Assembly: GCA_023262505.1 (NCBI GenBank)
Contig: JALRAP010000003.1
Span: forward strand, 3,420-67,419
Reading direction: 5' to 3'
DNA: 64,000 nucleotides
From: Bacteroidia bacterium
Lineage (GTDB): Bacteria > Bacteroidota > Bacteroidia > AKYH767-A > OLB10
Shown piece by piece: positions 9,309 to 19,110 of this stretch. Position 1 is the stretch's first letter; the number at the start of each line of letters is the position of its first letter. The position numbers were made by a program, and so were the translations under genes. The notes under the pieces were generated by a model. That model was not told the DNA's origin and did no database searches. It worked only from the letters and a program-made list of their open reading frames with translations.

Positions 9309-10211
9309 ATGAGCAACCACAACAAGATTTTGCGGGTGTTCCAATTGATTGGTTTGTTGCGCACGGGGCCGCCCCGAACGTTGTCGAGCTTATCGTCTAC
9401 CTTGGGAAGCACGGAGCGTACTGTATACCGTTATCTGGATCTTTTAAAGGAACTTGGGCTATCCTTGCGCAGGGATCGCAAAGGACTTTATTATTTAGAT
9501 GGTGGTTTGGATGAGAAGGCATCACCTACATTTTCACCTGAGGAGATGCGGTACTTACAAGAGCTGGTGCTCACCTCCGGCAAGTACAACAAGCTCCGGG
9601 ATGCGGTGATGCATAAGTTATATGTGCACTCTGACATGAAGGTGCAGTCTGATTTGCTTTCGCGGGCTCATTTGGGAAAGATTGTACAGGACTTAGGTCG
9701 TGCGATACAAGAGCGCAAGCAAGTCGTGTTGAAGAAATACCATTCGGCAAACTCAAACGCCATTGCTGATAGACTGGTTGAGCCGGTAAAGCTTACTCCA
9801 AATTTACAGCGCGTGTTGTGTTTCGAGCCTTCAACAGGGCAGAACAAGTTTTTCAATATCGAACGCATCACAGAAGTCAAGATCACCCCCAAGAAGTTCA
9901 AGTTTGAAAAGCAACACAAGTACACCCAGCCCGATGTTTTCGGTTTCAGCGATAATGGAAAGAGTTACGAGGTGGACTTGGGGATGACGTTGCGCGCCTG
10001 CGTTTTGTTGCGCGAGGAGTATCCAATGGCGTCAGCATTCATAAAGTCAACAAGGGGGCCAATGGGATATCGATTCCATGCGTATGTGCATGATTTGCGG
10101 CCCGTGGTCCGTTTTATCATGGGCCTTTTACCCGAAGTCGAGGTCGGAGGTGGTGCTGAATTGAAGCAGACGCTGCAAAACGCTTTACACGATCACTTGA
10201 AGGGTGGGTGA
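9309..10211 (+). CDS. HTH + WYL domain transcriptional regulator (BrxR/CapW-like architecture)
   Basis: N-terminal HTH (STLGSTERTVYRYLDLLKELG), central WYL-type segment (KFFNIERITEV), about 300 aa. Divergent from the vWA gene across a 510-bp spacer. Confidence 0.75.
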   Translation: MSNHNKILRVFQLIGLLRTGPPRTLSSLSSTLGSTERTVYRYLDLLKELGLSLRRDRKGLYYLDGGLDEKASPTFSPEEMRYLQELVLTSGKYNKLRDAVMHKLYVHSDMKVQSDLLSRAHLGKIVQDLGRAIQERKQVVLKKYHSANSNAIADRLVEPVKLTPNLQRVLCFEPSTGQNKFFNIERITEVKITPKKFKFEKQHKYTQPDVFGFSDNGKSYEVDLGMTLRACVLLREEYPMASAFIKSTRGPMGYRFHAYVHDLRPVVRFIMGLLPEVEVGGGAELKQTLQNALHDHLKGG

Positions 10212-10251
10212 GAATTAATGTATCTCAAAAACAACTGCCCTGAGTTTGGAT

Positions 10252-11145
10252 TTACTCCGCAGTGGTTGTAGAATCAGGCCTCCTATGCTTCCACCTCCTA
10301 TGGCTCCACAGCCAGTATTCCGGATGTTGGCGGATGTCGCGCTCCAGTAATTGCGTGTGCAGCTCTGTGAGCTTGCCGTAAGGAAGTGCACGGGGAGATT
10401 CGGTGATTAACTCGAAGACACCTTCGTAATAGCCGCGCTTCACTTTATGCAGCGTGCAGAAGTAAACCGGACAATCATAGTCGTTCGCGAACTTTTCAGA
10501 TCCGAACAAAACGGCCGTGTCGCGACCTAGGAAACGTGTCCAATAAGCCCGATGTGGGTTGCTTGGCGATTGGTCGGTGGCGAACACCACGGCCGCAGGC
10601 GATTGGGATTGGAGTGTGTCGAACAGTTCCTTCACCTTTTTGATGGAATACATCCGCAAGCCGAACTTTCCACGAGAGGTCCGCATCTTCTCATCGAAGA
10701 AAAGATTCTTCAAGGGCTTGTACAGTGCGTATACATCGTGCTTCAAGGATTGGTCAACCGCTACGGCAAATAACTCCCAGTTGTTGTAATGCCCACCGGC
10801 AATGATCACATGGCGGCCCTCAGCGTAATGTTTGTCGAGCAACTCGGGATTTCTGAATCGCATGCGCGACATCGCCTTGTGTGATGAGATTTGGAAAATC
10901 ATAAGGCTTTCCACAATCAAATCACAGAAATGACGGTAAAATCCGCGCATGATGTGTTCGACCTCCGCCTTCGACTTCTCAGGAAACGACTTTTCTATGT
11001 TGTCGCGAACCACTTTCTTCCGATAACCGACCACATGGTAAAACAGCAGGAACATCAAATCAGAAAGCCTGTAAAGCACAAAAGATGGCAACATGGAAAT
11101 CGGCAGGATAACCACGTAATATAGCAATAGGTTCAGTATTCGCAT
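10252..11145 (-). CDS. lipid A biosynthesis (LpxL/HtrB-like) lysophospholipid acyltransferase
   Basis: HX4E motif GGHYNNWE, an N-terminal TM segment and about 297 aa, typical of late acyltransferases. Confidence 0.75.
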   Translation of the reverse strand: MRILNLLLYYVVILPISMLPSFVLYRLSDLMFLLFYHVVGYRKKVVRDNIEKSFPEKSKAEVEHIMRGFYRHFCDLIVESLMIFQISSHKAMSRMRFRNPELLDKHYAEGRHVIIAGGHYNNWELFAVAVDQSLKHDVYALYKPLKNLFFDEKMRTSRGKFGLRMYSIKKVKELFDTLQSQSPAAVVFATDQSPSNPHRAYWTRFLGRDTAVLFGSEKFANDYDCPVYFCTLHKVKRGYYEGVFELITESPRALPYGKLTELHTQLLERDIRQHPEYWLWSHRRWKHRRPDSTTTAE

Positions 11146-11257
11146 CGCTCTGCGAAGATAGGAAATGGTCCGATGCCCTACTTACACAGGCATGACGGCA
11201 GTCATATGCGTTCTATGGCGATCCGCATACTTTTGGTCCTGTAAAAACAATCAATCC

Positions 11258-11854
11258 ATGGAAACCACCACTTTCAAAGCCAAACTCACCGCATTCATCA
11301 ATAAGGCACAAGAGGAAGCTGATGCCCTTAGGGTGAAAGCAGCTCTTGGTCGTATGGAAGCCAGCGAAGTTTTAAACGAATTAAGCAAGGAGGTGAACAC
11401 CAGTCTCCATTCCTTGTCGCACGACCTAAAAAAAGAAGGAACAGCATTAGCCGCCATCGCCAATGATAATTTGGAGCGACTGCGATTGCAGTTTACACTT
11501 GGTAAGGCCGAGGCTGGCAAGGCCTACGAGGATCGGAAGGAAGCCATTAAAAAGTCGATCCATGAAATCGAAAAGTGGCTATCAACCGAAGGAATGGATT
11601 TACCGGTTGACTTGCGGCTGCGGTTGCAAAACGAATTGGAAAAACTCCAATTGAAGATGGATATCCTGCGCATCCGTTTTGAGTTGGGTCGCTTGGAAGC
11701 ACGTGAAGTAATCGAAGAGAAACGGGATCACTTCAAAAAGGATTTCCAGGAGTTGATGTCGACAATCAAGACAGAAGCGGCGCTGAAAAAAGAAGATGCC
11801 GGCAATAAATTGCGCTCGGCTTACGAAGCCCTTCGACGGTCGTGGGTTTCTTGA
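11258..11854 (+). CDS. hypothetical coiled-coil protein
   Basis: Lys/Glu/Leu/Ala-rich helical sequence. Start set at ATG 11258 (METTTFKAK). Confidence 0.5.
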   Translation: METTTFKAKLTAFINKAQEEADALRVKAALGRMEASEVLNELSKEVNTSLHSLSHDLKKEGTALAAIANDNLERLRLQFTLGKAEAGKAYEDRKEAIKKSIHEIEKWLSTEGMDLPVDLRLRLQNELEKLQLKMDILRIRFELGRLEAREVIEEKRDHFKKDFQELMSTIKTEAALKKEDAGNKLRSAYEALRRSWVS

Positions 11855-11858
11855 TCCC

Positions 11859-13037
11859 TCAATGGGAAACCACTACCTTCCGGGTTACCACGTGGCCGGT
11901 AGGTGATTGGAATCGCATCAGGTAAAGGCCGCTTTCCACATTTGTTAAATCAATAGTATGGGCCTCGGTGCCTCCGATTCGGAATTCAGGCAGAGCCACG
12001 TTTTTCCCATCGGGTGAGTAAACCGTTACAAGGGTATTGGCTGTGCCGTTTTTTATTTGGATGATTCCGTTTCCTACCGATGGGTAAACCTCCATGGCAG
12101 ACATACCCCCGTCCACCTCGTCAATTGAGACGGTACAGAAGTAACAGTTTTTCTGTGCGGTAAATCCGGTTGGATTTGTAACGAGCAACTCAAAAGCCAA
12201 TCCCGCTGTACAATCGTTTTCCAATTCGAATTTCAGCCAAGGAACAATCAACGAATTGACGATGGAATGTTGCGTTGCGCGGGAAATGGCTGCGGCAGGT
12301 GTGCAGGTTAATTCTCCGAATGTGCAGTTGAAATTGCTATTGGCGAATTGGCAATGGCTAGCCCCGTCTATACTCACATAAACCTTGCAGTTGCTGCCCA
12401 GTGCATTGTACATGGCCAATTGGTTCGCAGTGGGAGGGGTTACGCAGTCGTTTCCACCTGCGATTACCAGGGCATGCTGGGTGATTGCGCCGCAGGCCGC
12501 TATGGCGGATGGGTTTGTTTCTGCAGCAGCCAAATTCACAACGGCGGTGATGTTCGGATTGTACTGCATAGCCAGGAAGCTACTGCCGCCTCCCATGCTG
12601 TGTCCCATCACAGCAGAGGTATAATCAACACGTCCGAAGAACGGTGAGGAGGCATTGTTGCCCTCTCCTTGCATAGCCGTTACCAGAAAGGCGATGTCTT
12701 TGCCGAACTCGGTATGGTTCGGGGAGAATCCGCTTTCGGTGGTTGGAAATACCGCGATGAAACCGTTTTCTGTCAATGGCGTCCATATATTCTCGTACGC
12801 CGACCACACCATCACAAACCCGTGTCCGAAAACCACTACGGGAAATGTACCGCCCTGTGTCGCTAGGGGCACGTTCTCGCCATCCGCGTCAGCGGGGTAA
12901 TAAACCTCTGCAGGAATACTACGGTTGCTACGTGTAGCGTCTGTAAATGTGATCGTGGTGTGTCCCGTTGAAAATGTTTGCCCCAACAGCGTGCTGCAAG
13001 AAATGAAAACAAGCAGGGTCGAAATAGCGATCCTCAT
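11859..13037 (-). CDS. secreted alpha/beta hydrolase (cutinase/PET-hydrolase/dienelactone-hydrolase-like) with T9SS C-terminal sorting domain
   Basis: Nucleophile elbow GHSMGGG, Asp in GGNDCVTP, His in GASHC. Signal peptide MRIAISTLLVFISCSTLLGQ from ATG 13037. C-terminus GLYLMRF...TRKVVVSH. Confidence 0.75.
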   Translation of the reverse strand: MRIAISTLLVFISCSTLLGQTFSTGHTTITFTDATRSNRSIPAEVYYPADADGENVPLATQGGTFPVVVFGHGFVMVWSAYENIWTPLTENGFIAVFPTTESGFSPNHTEFGKDIAFLVTAMQGEGNNASSPFFGRVDYTSAVMGHSMGGGSSFLAMQYNPNITAVVNLAAAETNPSAIAACGAITQHALVIAGGNDCVTPPTANQLAMYNALGSNCKVYVSIDGASHCQFANSNFNCTFGELTCTPAAAISRATQHSIVNSLIVPWLKFELENDCTAGLAFELLVTNPTGFTAQKNCYFCTVSIDEVDGGMSAMEVYPSVGNGIIQIKNGTANTLVTVYSPDGKNVALPEFRIGGTEAHTIDLTNVESGLYLMRFQSPTGHVVTRKVVVSH

Positions 13038-13068
13038 GAATTTGAATTTATGGGTTAGGTTTTTGGAT

Positions 13069-13419
13069 TTATTCTTCGGTCTCCTCTTCCCAGGCATAAA
13101 AAAGCTCCTTGAGGAACAGGTTTTCCTTGGGTGAAATCTCCTTGTCGGCAACAACCAAACGCGTTGCAAGGTCAAGGAAGCGATTGCGGTCTTCGCGTGT
13201 GGATTGCATGTAGAACTGGTTCATGGCGTTGTTGAAGTGAACGGCATAGTCCACCTCATCTATCGTACTGATGACAGCCAATTCTTCGTCGTAATTTATC
13301 GAACCATGCGGCACCTCCTCCATGAACTCACGGATAACCTTGTCCTCTTTGCCATTGAATTTTCCATCAACAGCAGAAAGGATCATCAACATGTGGTATC
13401 CGGCAACGGGGCGTGTCAT
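13069..13419 (-). CDS. TerB-like helical protein (tentative)
   Basis: 117 aa from ATG 13419. The DGKFNGKEDKVIREF ... VADKEISPKENLFL pattern is reminiscent of TerB-family domains. Confidence 0.45.
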   Translation of the reverse strand: MTRPVAGYHMLMILSAVDGKFNGKEDKVIREFMEEVPHGSINYDEELAVISTIDEVDYAVHFNNAMNQFYMQSTREDRNRFLDLATRLVVADKEISPKENLFLKELFYAWEEETEE

Positions 13420-13584
13420 AACAAGATTATCTCGACTTAAAATTATAAAAAAAGGTAATCGGGATATTGACATATGGTTAAAGGTTGCTCAGAATGGTTA
13501 GAAGTAGTCATCATAAAATTGATAAACAGGGTGTTGTGAAAGCCCTGGCCGGATAAAATTTGAATATCTTTGAGCCTGGCACCC

Positions 13585-14919
13585 ATGCGGATACTGATAG
13601 TCACATCTTTTTTCCCTCCTCAAAACTCCATTGCATCACATAGGCCTTATTCATGGGCCAAATATTGGTCGAGAGCAGGTCATCAGGTAACGGTGGTAAC
13701 CACCCCTAAAAGGCATAATGATCCAATGGCTATGCCAATGGATTCTGCAGGATTCACAGTGGTGGAATTGGGTTACGGAGGCCTTTTCGACAAGTTGGTG
13801 GCGTACTACAAAAGGAATAAAGGCCATGCCCAAACAGCGTCAAAGCCAACATCCGTAAGCAAACCCGGCTTCTTTAAGAGGTTATTCAGCGCATTGGATC
13901 AATATAGGAGCCGCCGCGGATTTTTTGATATGCGGCGATTTCCAGACTTCAGTCACTTTTGGGCCGGCAAAGCAGCGAAGTGGGCATCACAGAACGCAAA
14001 ATGGGACCTTGTGGTGAGCACATATGCTCCGTATACGGCCCATTTGGCCGCATATAATATCAGAAAGAATGGATATGCGGATTTTTGGGTTGCCGATTAT
14101 CGCGACTTGTGGACGGACGATCATATTTTCAAGGGGATGCACGGAGTGGTTTGGTATGAAAGCATATTGGAGAAGAAATTGCTGAAGCTTGCGGATTTGT
14201 TAACCACTGTAAGTGATCCGTTGGGTAAAAAACTACAGCAGCGTTTTGGTAAGCGTGCCGTAGTCATAGAAAACGGGTATGAGCCATCAGACTTGGGTGT
14301 TCTTCCAAATGAGCAAGCATTTGCCGGATTGCCGGAGAAGATTCGGCTCGTGTATACCGGATCTATTTACAAGAGCACTCGTGACCCATCACCACTATTC
14401 GAAGCCATTGCGCGCATTGCGCAAAGCGATAACGGTTCGAAGCTTCTGGAAAAACTCGAGATCCTTTTTGTTGGGGGCAACATTGGATTGCTAAGTGAGC
14501 TCGTGAGCCAATACCAAGTGCAACCATGGGTTAGATTGGAAGGTTTTGTTACACGCACAAGGGCCTTGATGATGCAGCGCGATGCCGATGTTTTACTTTT
14601 CCTCGAAAGCAATTCCAATGGAGTTGATGGCATTCTCACAGGTAAGATTTTCGAATATCTCTCATCTGGAACCGAGGTTTGGGCCATCGGTGTGACGCCG
14701 GAATCCACCCCGGGGATGCTTATCAATTCTAGCGGCGCCGGTCTTGTTTTTGGCAAGGATGTGGATTCAATACAGACCCGTTTGGTGAAGTTGTTGAATG
14801 ATGGTCCCGCCCCAAAAAACCAAGTCGATCTTTCAATCTTAAAACGTTATACACGTGAAGGATTGGCTTTACGGATGTTGGATACCATTGCATCCGCGAT
14901 GCAAAAAACTCAGCCGTGA
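13585..14919 (+). CDS. glycosyltransferase (GT-B, family 4-like)
   Basis: MRILIVTSFFPP N-terminus and a C-terminal GKIFEYLSSGTEVWAIG segment. Start at ATG 13585. Confidence 0.7.
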   Translation: MRILIVTSFFPPQNSIASHRPYSWAKYWSRAGHQVTVVTTPKRHNDPMAMPMDSAGFTVVELGYGGLFDKLVAYYKRNKGHAQTASKPTSVSKPGFFKRLFSALDQYRSRRGFFDMRRFPDFSHFWAGKAAKWASQNAKWDLVVSTYAPYTAHLAAYNIRKNGYADFWVADYRDLWTDDHIFKGMHGVVWYESILEKKLLKLADLLTTVSDPLGKKLQQRFGKRAVVIENGYEPSDLGVLPNEQAFAGLPEKIRLVYTGSIYKSTRDPSPLFEAIARIAQSDNGSKLLEKLEILFVGGNIGLLSELVSQYQVQPWVRLEGFVTRTRALMMQRDADVLLFLESNSNGVDGILTGKIFEYLSSGTEVWAIGVTPESTPGMLINSSGAGLVFGKDVDSIQTRLVKLLNDGPAPKNQVDLSILKRYTREGLALRMLDTIASAMQKTQP

Positions 14920-15680
14920 AGCTCCGTTGAAGTAGGCTTCACGTGGTGCGTGTAGTATTCACAAATCTCATCTACCGAGCCCTCGGCAGTCACAACGCCC
15001 TCTTCCATGAAAATGGCGCGTGTGCAGATGTTTTTTATTTCATCCAGGTGATGCGATACGTACATGATGGTGGTTCCTTCGCTCTTGATTTGCTTGATAC
15101 GCTCGGCGCACTTCTCTCGGAAGCCCAAATCACCCACAGCCAATGCCTCGTCAACAATCAAAACATCCGGCGTGTTGGCAGCAGCGATTGAAAAGGCAAG
15201 TCGGGAAATCATACCCGAAGAGTACCGTTTCATCTGCATGTCTATTTCAGCGTCTGTAAGTTCCGAGAATAGGATGATGTTGTTGATGGAATCTTGAAGT
15301 TGGTCTTTGGTGAACCCCATCAAGGTTCCAACCAATTCAATGTTTTCGCGGCCTGTCAACTCCATTTCAAAACCAACGCCCAATGTCATCAACGGGGCTA
15401 CACGGCCCTTAACCTCCAAACTTCCTGATGTAGGTGTCATGATGCCTGCCACAGCTCGAAGCAAGGTGCTTTTGCCACAACCATTACGGCCCATAACAGC
15501 AAGGCACTCGCCCTTTTTCACTTTCAGGTTCACTCCTTTCAACACAGGCTTTTTCTCGAATGGCGATTGGAATCCCATCGAAAGCAAAAAGCTCTTGATT
15601 GACTTGATGCCTTGTTTCTGAACGGTGAAACTCACATGCAGGTCGCGTGCTTCTATGACAATATCGCTTTCGGCCGCCAT
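14910..15680 (-). CDS. polysaccharide/O-antigen ABC exporter ATP-binding protein (Wzt/TagH-like)
   Basis: Walker A GRNGCGKST, signature YSSGM, Walker B LIVDEAL, H-loop VSHH. Confidence 0.85.
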   Translation of the reverse strand: MAAESDIVIEARDLHVSFTVQKQGIKSIKSFLLSMGFQSPFEKKPVLKGVNLKVKKGECLAVMGRNGCGKSTLLRAVAGIMTPTSGSLEVKGRVAPLMTLGVGFEMELTGRENIELVGTLMGFTKDQLQDSINNIILFSELTDAEIDMQMKRYSSGMISRLAFSIAAANTPDVLIVDEALAVGDLGFREKCAERIKQIKSEGTTIMYVSHHLDEIKNICTRAIFMEEGVVTAEGSVDEICEYYTHHVKPTSTELHG

Positions 15681-15681
15681 T

Positions 15682-16452
15682 TTAGAATTGGGAAATGAAT
15701 CCCCCTTTTAACTTGTTGAATATGGTCATCCCCGCCCACATACTCACTACAGAGATGGCTACAACCACCAACCAAGAGAATGCATCGGGCATCCGGTTGT
15801 AATAAATAAGGTCGCGTAGGAACGAAACATAGTGGTGTATGGGGTTCAGCTGAATTATGATTCGGAACTTTTCGGGAATGATTTCGGGCGTGTAGGCGAT
15901 GGGCGTGGCATAAAAGATTGCGGGCATGAAGGATGCCCAAGCTATTTGCACATCGCGGAAATATACGTTGAAGGCTGTTAAAATAAGTGAAACACCGAAT
16001 GTGAAGATCGAGAACAGGACAACAAGTGGAACGAACAGCAGGATTTCCCAGCCAATGCGCATCCCGAATATCGCCATCATCACCGAAAAAGGAATCAGCA
16101 TCAGCAGAAAACTCACAATTGAAGAGTATAAACCACCCAAAGGCAGTGCAATGTTAGGAATGCTCACACTTTTGATTACACCGGTGTTGCGTGTTATGGA
16201 CTCGATGATTTGAACGCTGGTAGTGGTGAACAAGGTCCAAAGCAACAACCCACTCAGCACGTACAACGGGTAGCGGTCGATTTCCGAAAACATGTTTCCG
16301 AAAACAAAAGAGAATATCACCAGGTAGATGATCGGATTGAACATCCCCCAAAGGAATCCGAAGATCGAATTCTTGTATTTAAGCTTCAGGTTTTTGATGC
16401 CCAATACAACTACCAATCGGGTAAATCTGGAAGGATCCTTGAAAACGGACAT
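15682..16452 (-). CDS. ABC-2 type polysaccharide exporter permease (Wzm-like)
   Basis: 256 aa with six TM segments. 1-nt gap to the ATPase gene. Confidence 0.8.
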   Translation of the reverse strand: MSVFKDPSRFTRLVVVLGIKNLKLKYKNSIFGFLWGMFNPIIYLVIFSFVFGNMFSEIDRYPLYVLSGLLLWTLFTTTSVQIIESITRNTGVIKSVSIPNIALPLGGLYSSIVSFLLMLIPFSVMMAIFGMRIGWEILLFVPLVVLFSIFTFGVSLILTAFNVYFRDVQIAWASFMPAIFYATPIAYTPEIIPEKFRIIIQLNPIHHYVSFLRDLIYYNRMPDAFSWLVVVAISVVSMWAGMTIFNKLKGGFISQF

Positions 16453-16507
16453 GCAGGTTGTTCGGGGTGTGGTGCGAAGATATCAAATAACGATGAACAC
16501 AGGCCGA

Positions 16508-17815
16508 TTATCCCTTGAACATCATCTTCACCGTATCCAGGATGATTTTCAAATCGAACAGGAAGGACCAGTTGTTCACATAGAAGAGGTCCAACTTCAC
16601 GCGGTTCTTGAGCTTTTCGAAATCATCGGTTTCACCACGATAGCCTTTCGATTGAGCCAGGCCGGTGATGCCAGGCTTTATTTTATGCCGTTCCATGAAA
16701 CGGTCCACTTCGGCACTGAACTCGGTTGTGTGTTTCAGCATGTGCGGCCGTGGACCAACAACCGACATATCACCCAACAAAACATTGAAAAACTGGGGCA
16801 ATTCGTCGAGACTGGTTTTTCTCAAGAAACCACCCACGCGTGTGATCCTGGAGTCGTTGCGGGTGGCTTGTTTGGTATCGCTCTCGGTATTGACACGCAT
16901 GGTGCGTAGCTTGTAGCACCAGAAGGAACGGTTGTCGCGTCCTGTTCTTTTTTGTCTGAAAAACACCGGTCCGCGCGAATCGATGATGACTGCCAAGGCA
17001 AGTAATGGCATCAGCCAACTGAGCAGGCAAACGATTACCAATACAGAGAAGAGGATGTCGAATATGCGTTTGATGAGTTGGTTGTTCCAGTTATCCAGCG
17101 GAGTGGTGTGTAGTTTGATTACAGGCAGGTCGCCGATGCGCTCGATTTCCAAATCGGTGAAATTCACCCAACGGAAATCAGCCACCAACCTTACCCGTAT
17201 CAGATTTTCTTCTGCGAAATGAATCAAATCTGCCAGCAGGCTGTAGTTCACCATTGAGATCGGAAAAAATATCTCATGTATTTCATTGCCCTCGCATTGG
17301 GCTCGGATGATCTCATTGGTGCGATCGCGCTCCGATTCGCGGATGCGGATTACGTTTTTAACATGATATCCGTACTCCGGCCTGTTGCCGATGAATGATG
17401 AGAGCTGATCTTCCTCGCCTTCGTGCATCACCAAAACGATATTCCGGTAGTTGAATCCTTTTTTACGGAATTGTCTGATGGCAAAATGGAACACGATACG
17501 GTAAAGCATGATGCTCGCAAAACCTGTGCTGTAAAACCACAGCAGCAACTCGCGGGAGTATCGATACTCTTGTTGGAAAACATAAAACGCGAAAACCAGC
17601 AACATGTGCATCAGCAAAGCTGAAGCCGTTCCCCGAATAATGGAGAATAAAGTGCTTGATCTTTTGATGTCATATGCACGAGTAAGCGCAATGGAGACAA
17701 CCCAGGCGAAGTTCACATACAGCAAAAGTGAGGGGAAGGGGTGTTGGAATGCCCCGTGCTTGTAGTAGAACATGGAGATGAAAGCTCCATTGAGCAGCAG
17801 GAGCTCCACAACCAT
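16508..17815 (-). CDS. polyprenyl-phosphate glycosylphosphotransferase (WbaP/WcaJ-like initiating sugar transferase)
   Basis: N-terminal TM bundle plus the canonical C-terminal DELPQFFNVLLGDMSVVGPRP motif. Confidence 0.85.
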   Translation of the reverse strand: MVVELLLLNGAFISMFYYKHGAFQHPFPSLLLYVNFAWVVSIALTRAYDIKRSSTLFSIIRGTASALLMHMLLVFAFYVFQQEYRYSRELLLWFYSTGFASIMLYRIVFHFAIRQFRKKGFNYRNIVLVMHEGEEDQLSSFIGNRPEYGYHVKNVIRIRESERDRTNEIIRAQCEGNEIHEIFFPISMVNYSLLADLIHFAEENLIRVRLVADFRWVNFTDLEIERIGDLPVIKLHTTPLDNWNNQLIKRIFDILFSVLVIVCLLSWLMPLLALAVIIDSRGPVFFRQKRTGRDNRSFWCYKLRTMRVNTESDTKQATRNDSRITRVGGFLRKTSLDELPQFFNVLLGDMSVVGPRPHMLKHTTEFSAEVDRFMERHKIKPGITGLAQSKGYRGETDDFEKLKNRVKLDLFYVNNWSFLFDLKIILDTVKMMFKG

Positions 17816-17889
17816 GTGGATTCTTCGAATATATTTGGAGTATCGTGTCAGGGCTTTATAGGTCTTTTGAAGGCGAAATCATCAGTCTC

Positions 17890-19110
17890 TTACTTATTGA
17901 TTGTTTCGACTTCCGATTTTCCAATCACAAAAATATGCAAAGCAAGCAAGTAGCAAAATGCTACGATTCCATTTTGACGGGTAAGCAGGTTTTCGGTTTG
18001 CATCGCCCCAATGAAAAGCAAGAGTATGCAAACCCCAGTCCAGTCATTGCGCTTCCACAGTGTCAGTATGCTTAAGACGAATAAAAGCAACAACATCACA
18101 GGGCCAATTATGCCTAAGCCGGCCCAGTAATCCATGAACTGGTTATGGGTGTTGAAGTTCTTGTTCTTGTAAACATCCGGCGCTATGTCGTTGTAACAAT
18201 CATTTAAAAGGGATTTCACTTGACCAGGACCCACTCCCCAGATCCAATGTGCTTTGATGATTCCCAAGCCACAGTGGAATATGCCTGTGCGAAGATTGAA
18301 GGAATCTTCCGACTTTTTATCCGGCAGTTTTGTGTTTTCAACGGAAACCTCTTTGAACCTGGCTGAAAAAGACGGTACGGTTTGGAAAAACAGTACCGCA
18401 CTGGCGGCAATCACCGCAACCATGATGCCTGATTTGACAACGCTTTTTGTGTATAGTGCTACCATGAGCACCATGCAGGCCAACGTGGCAGCAATAGGAG
18501 TACGGGATGCCAACAAAGCCAATATGATGCCTGCAAAAACCATCAAAGAGCCGATCAACCAAAGGTTGTTTTTACGTTCAAGCAATTTCTGAAGAAGCTT
18601 CAGCATTGTAGCGCCCAACAGTACGGACGCATAAGTTGGATGATAACGAACCGCGTTTTCAAAAAAAGTGCGGATATGGAATGAAAGTAAGTCTTGGCTT
18701 TCGATTTGCATTTGCGATACTTGTGCAAGGGAGTAGCTCATGCCAAACGCGAAGGCGATTAAGGTAGAGGCAATGAAAAGCCATTCTGCCACACTCGTTT
18801 CTCTCGTGCTGAATGCTCCCGACTTCAACTTGAAAGCCATTGGAATCAAAAGTAGGCTAACCGAAACTTCGATATAGCTCAGCGATTCCGGGTTTTGATT
18901 TGGAAACAGACAGCGCAAAAAGATGAATAAGAACAGTCCGCTTGTTACTAATATGATTGACTTGTCGGTTTTTAAAAAGCCCTTGTGATTCCCCGTTATC
19001 AATGCCATTAACACAAAAAGACCGATGGCCCACACTGTTGTTTTCATTCCAATCAGCGGGAAGCACGAGAGCAGGTAAAGCGCCCATGTGTCTATTTTGA
19101 AATTACGCAT
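17890..19110 (-). CDS. O-antigen ligase/polymerase-like (Wzy_C) membrane protein
   Basis: 406 aa with at least 10 TM segments. Embedded between the initiating transferase and glycosyltransferase genes. Confidence 0.55.
   Translation of the reverse strand: MRNFKIDTWALYLLSCFPLIGMKTTVWAIGLFVLMALITGNHKGFLKTDKSIILVTSGLFLFIFLRCLFPNQNPESLSYIEVSVSLLLIPMAFKLKSGAFSTRETSVAEWLFIASTLIAFAFGMSYSLAQVSQMQIESQDLLSFHIRTFFENAVRYHPTYASVLLGATMLKLLQKLLERKNNLWLIGSLMVFAGIILALLASRTPIAATLACMVLMVALYTKSVVKSGIMVAVIAASAVLFFQTVPSFSARFKEVSVENTKLPDKKSEDSFNLRTGIFHCGLGIIKAHWIWGVGPGQVKSLLNDCYNDIAPDVYKNKNFNTHNQFMDYWAGLGIIGPVMLLLLFVLSILTLWKRNDWTGVCILLLFIGAMQTENLLTRQNGIVAFCYLLALHIFVIGKSEVETINK

Noticed and set aside
13038-13175. 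Upstream extensions of listed ORFs (11859-13175, 11165-11257, 2558-2608, 4712-4768, 21234-21278)
   Set aside because: In each case an internal ATG immediately precedes a signal peptide or typical family N-terminus. The extension is basic or nonsense-like, or overlaps the neighbouring gene.
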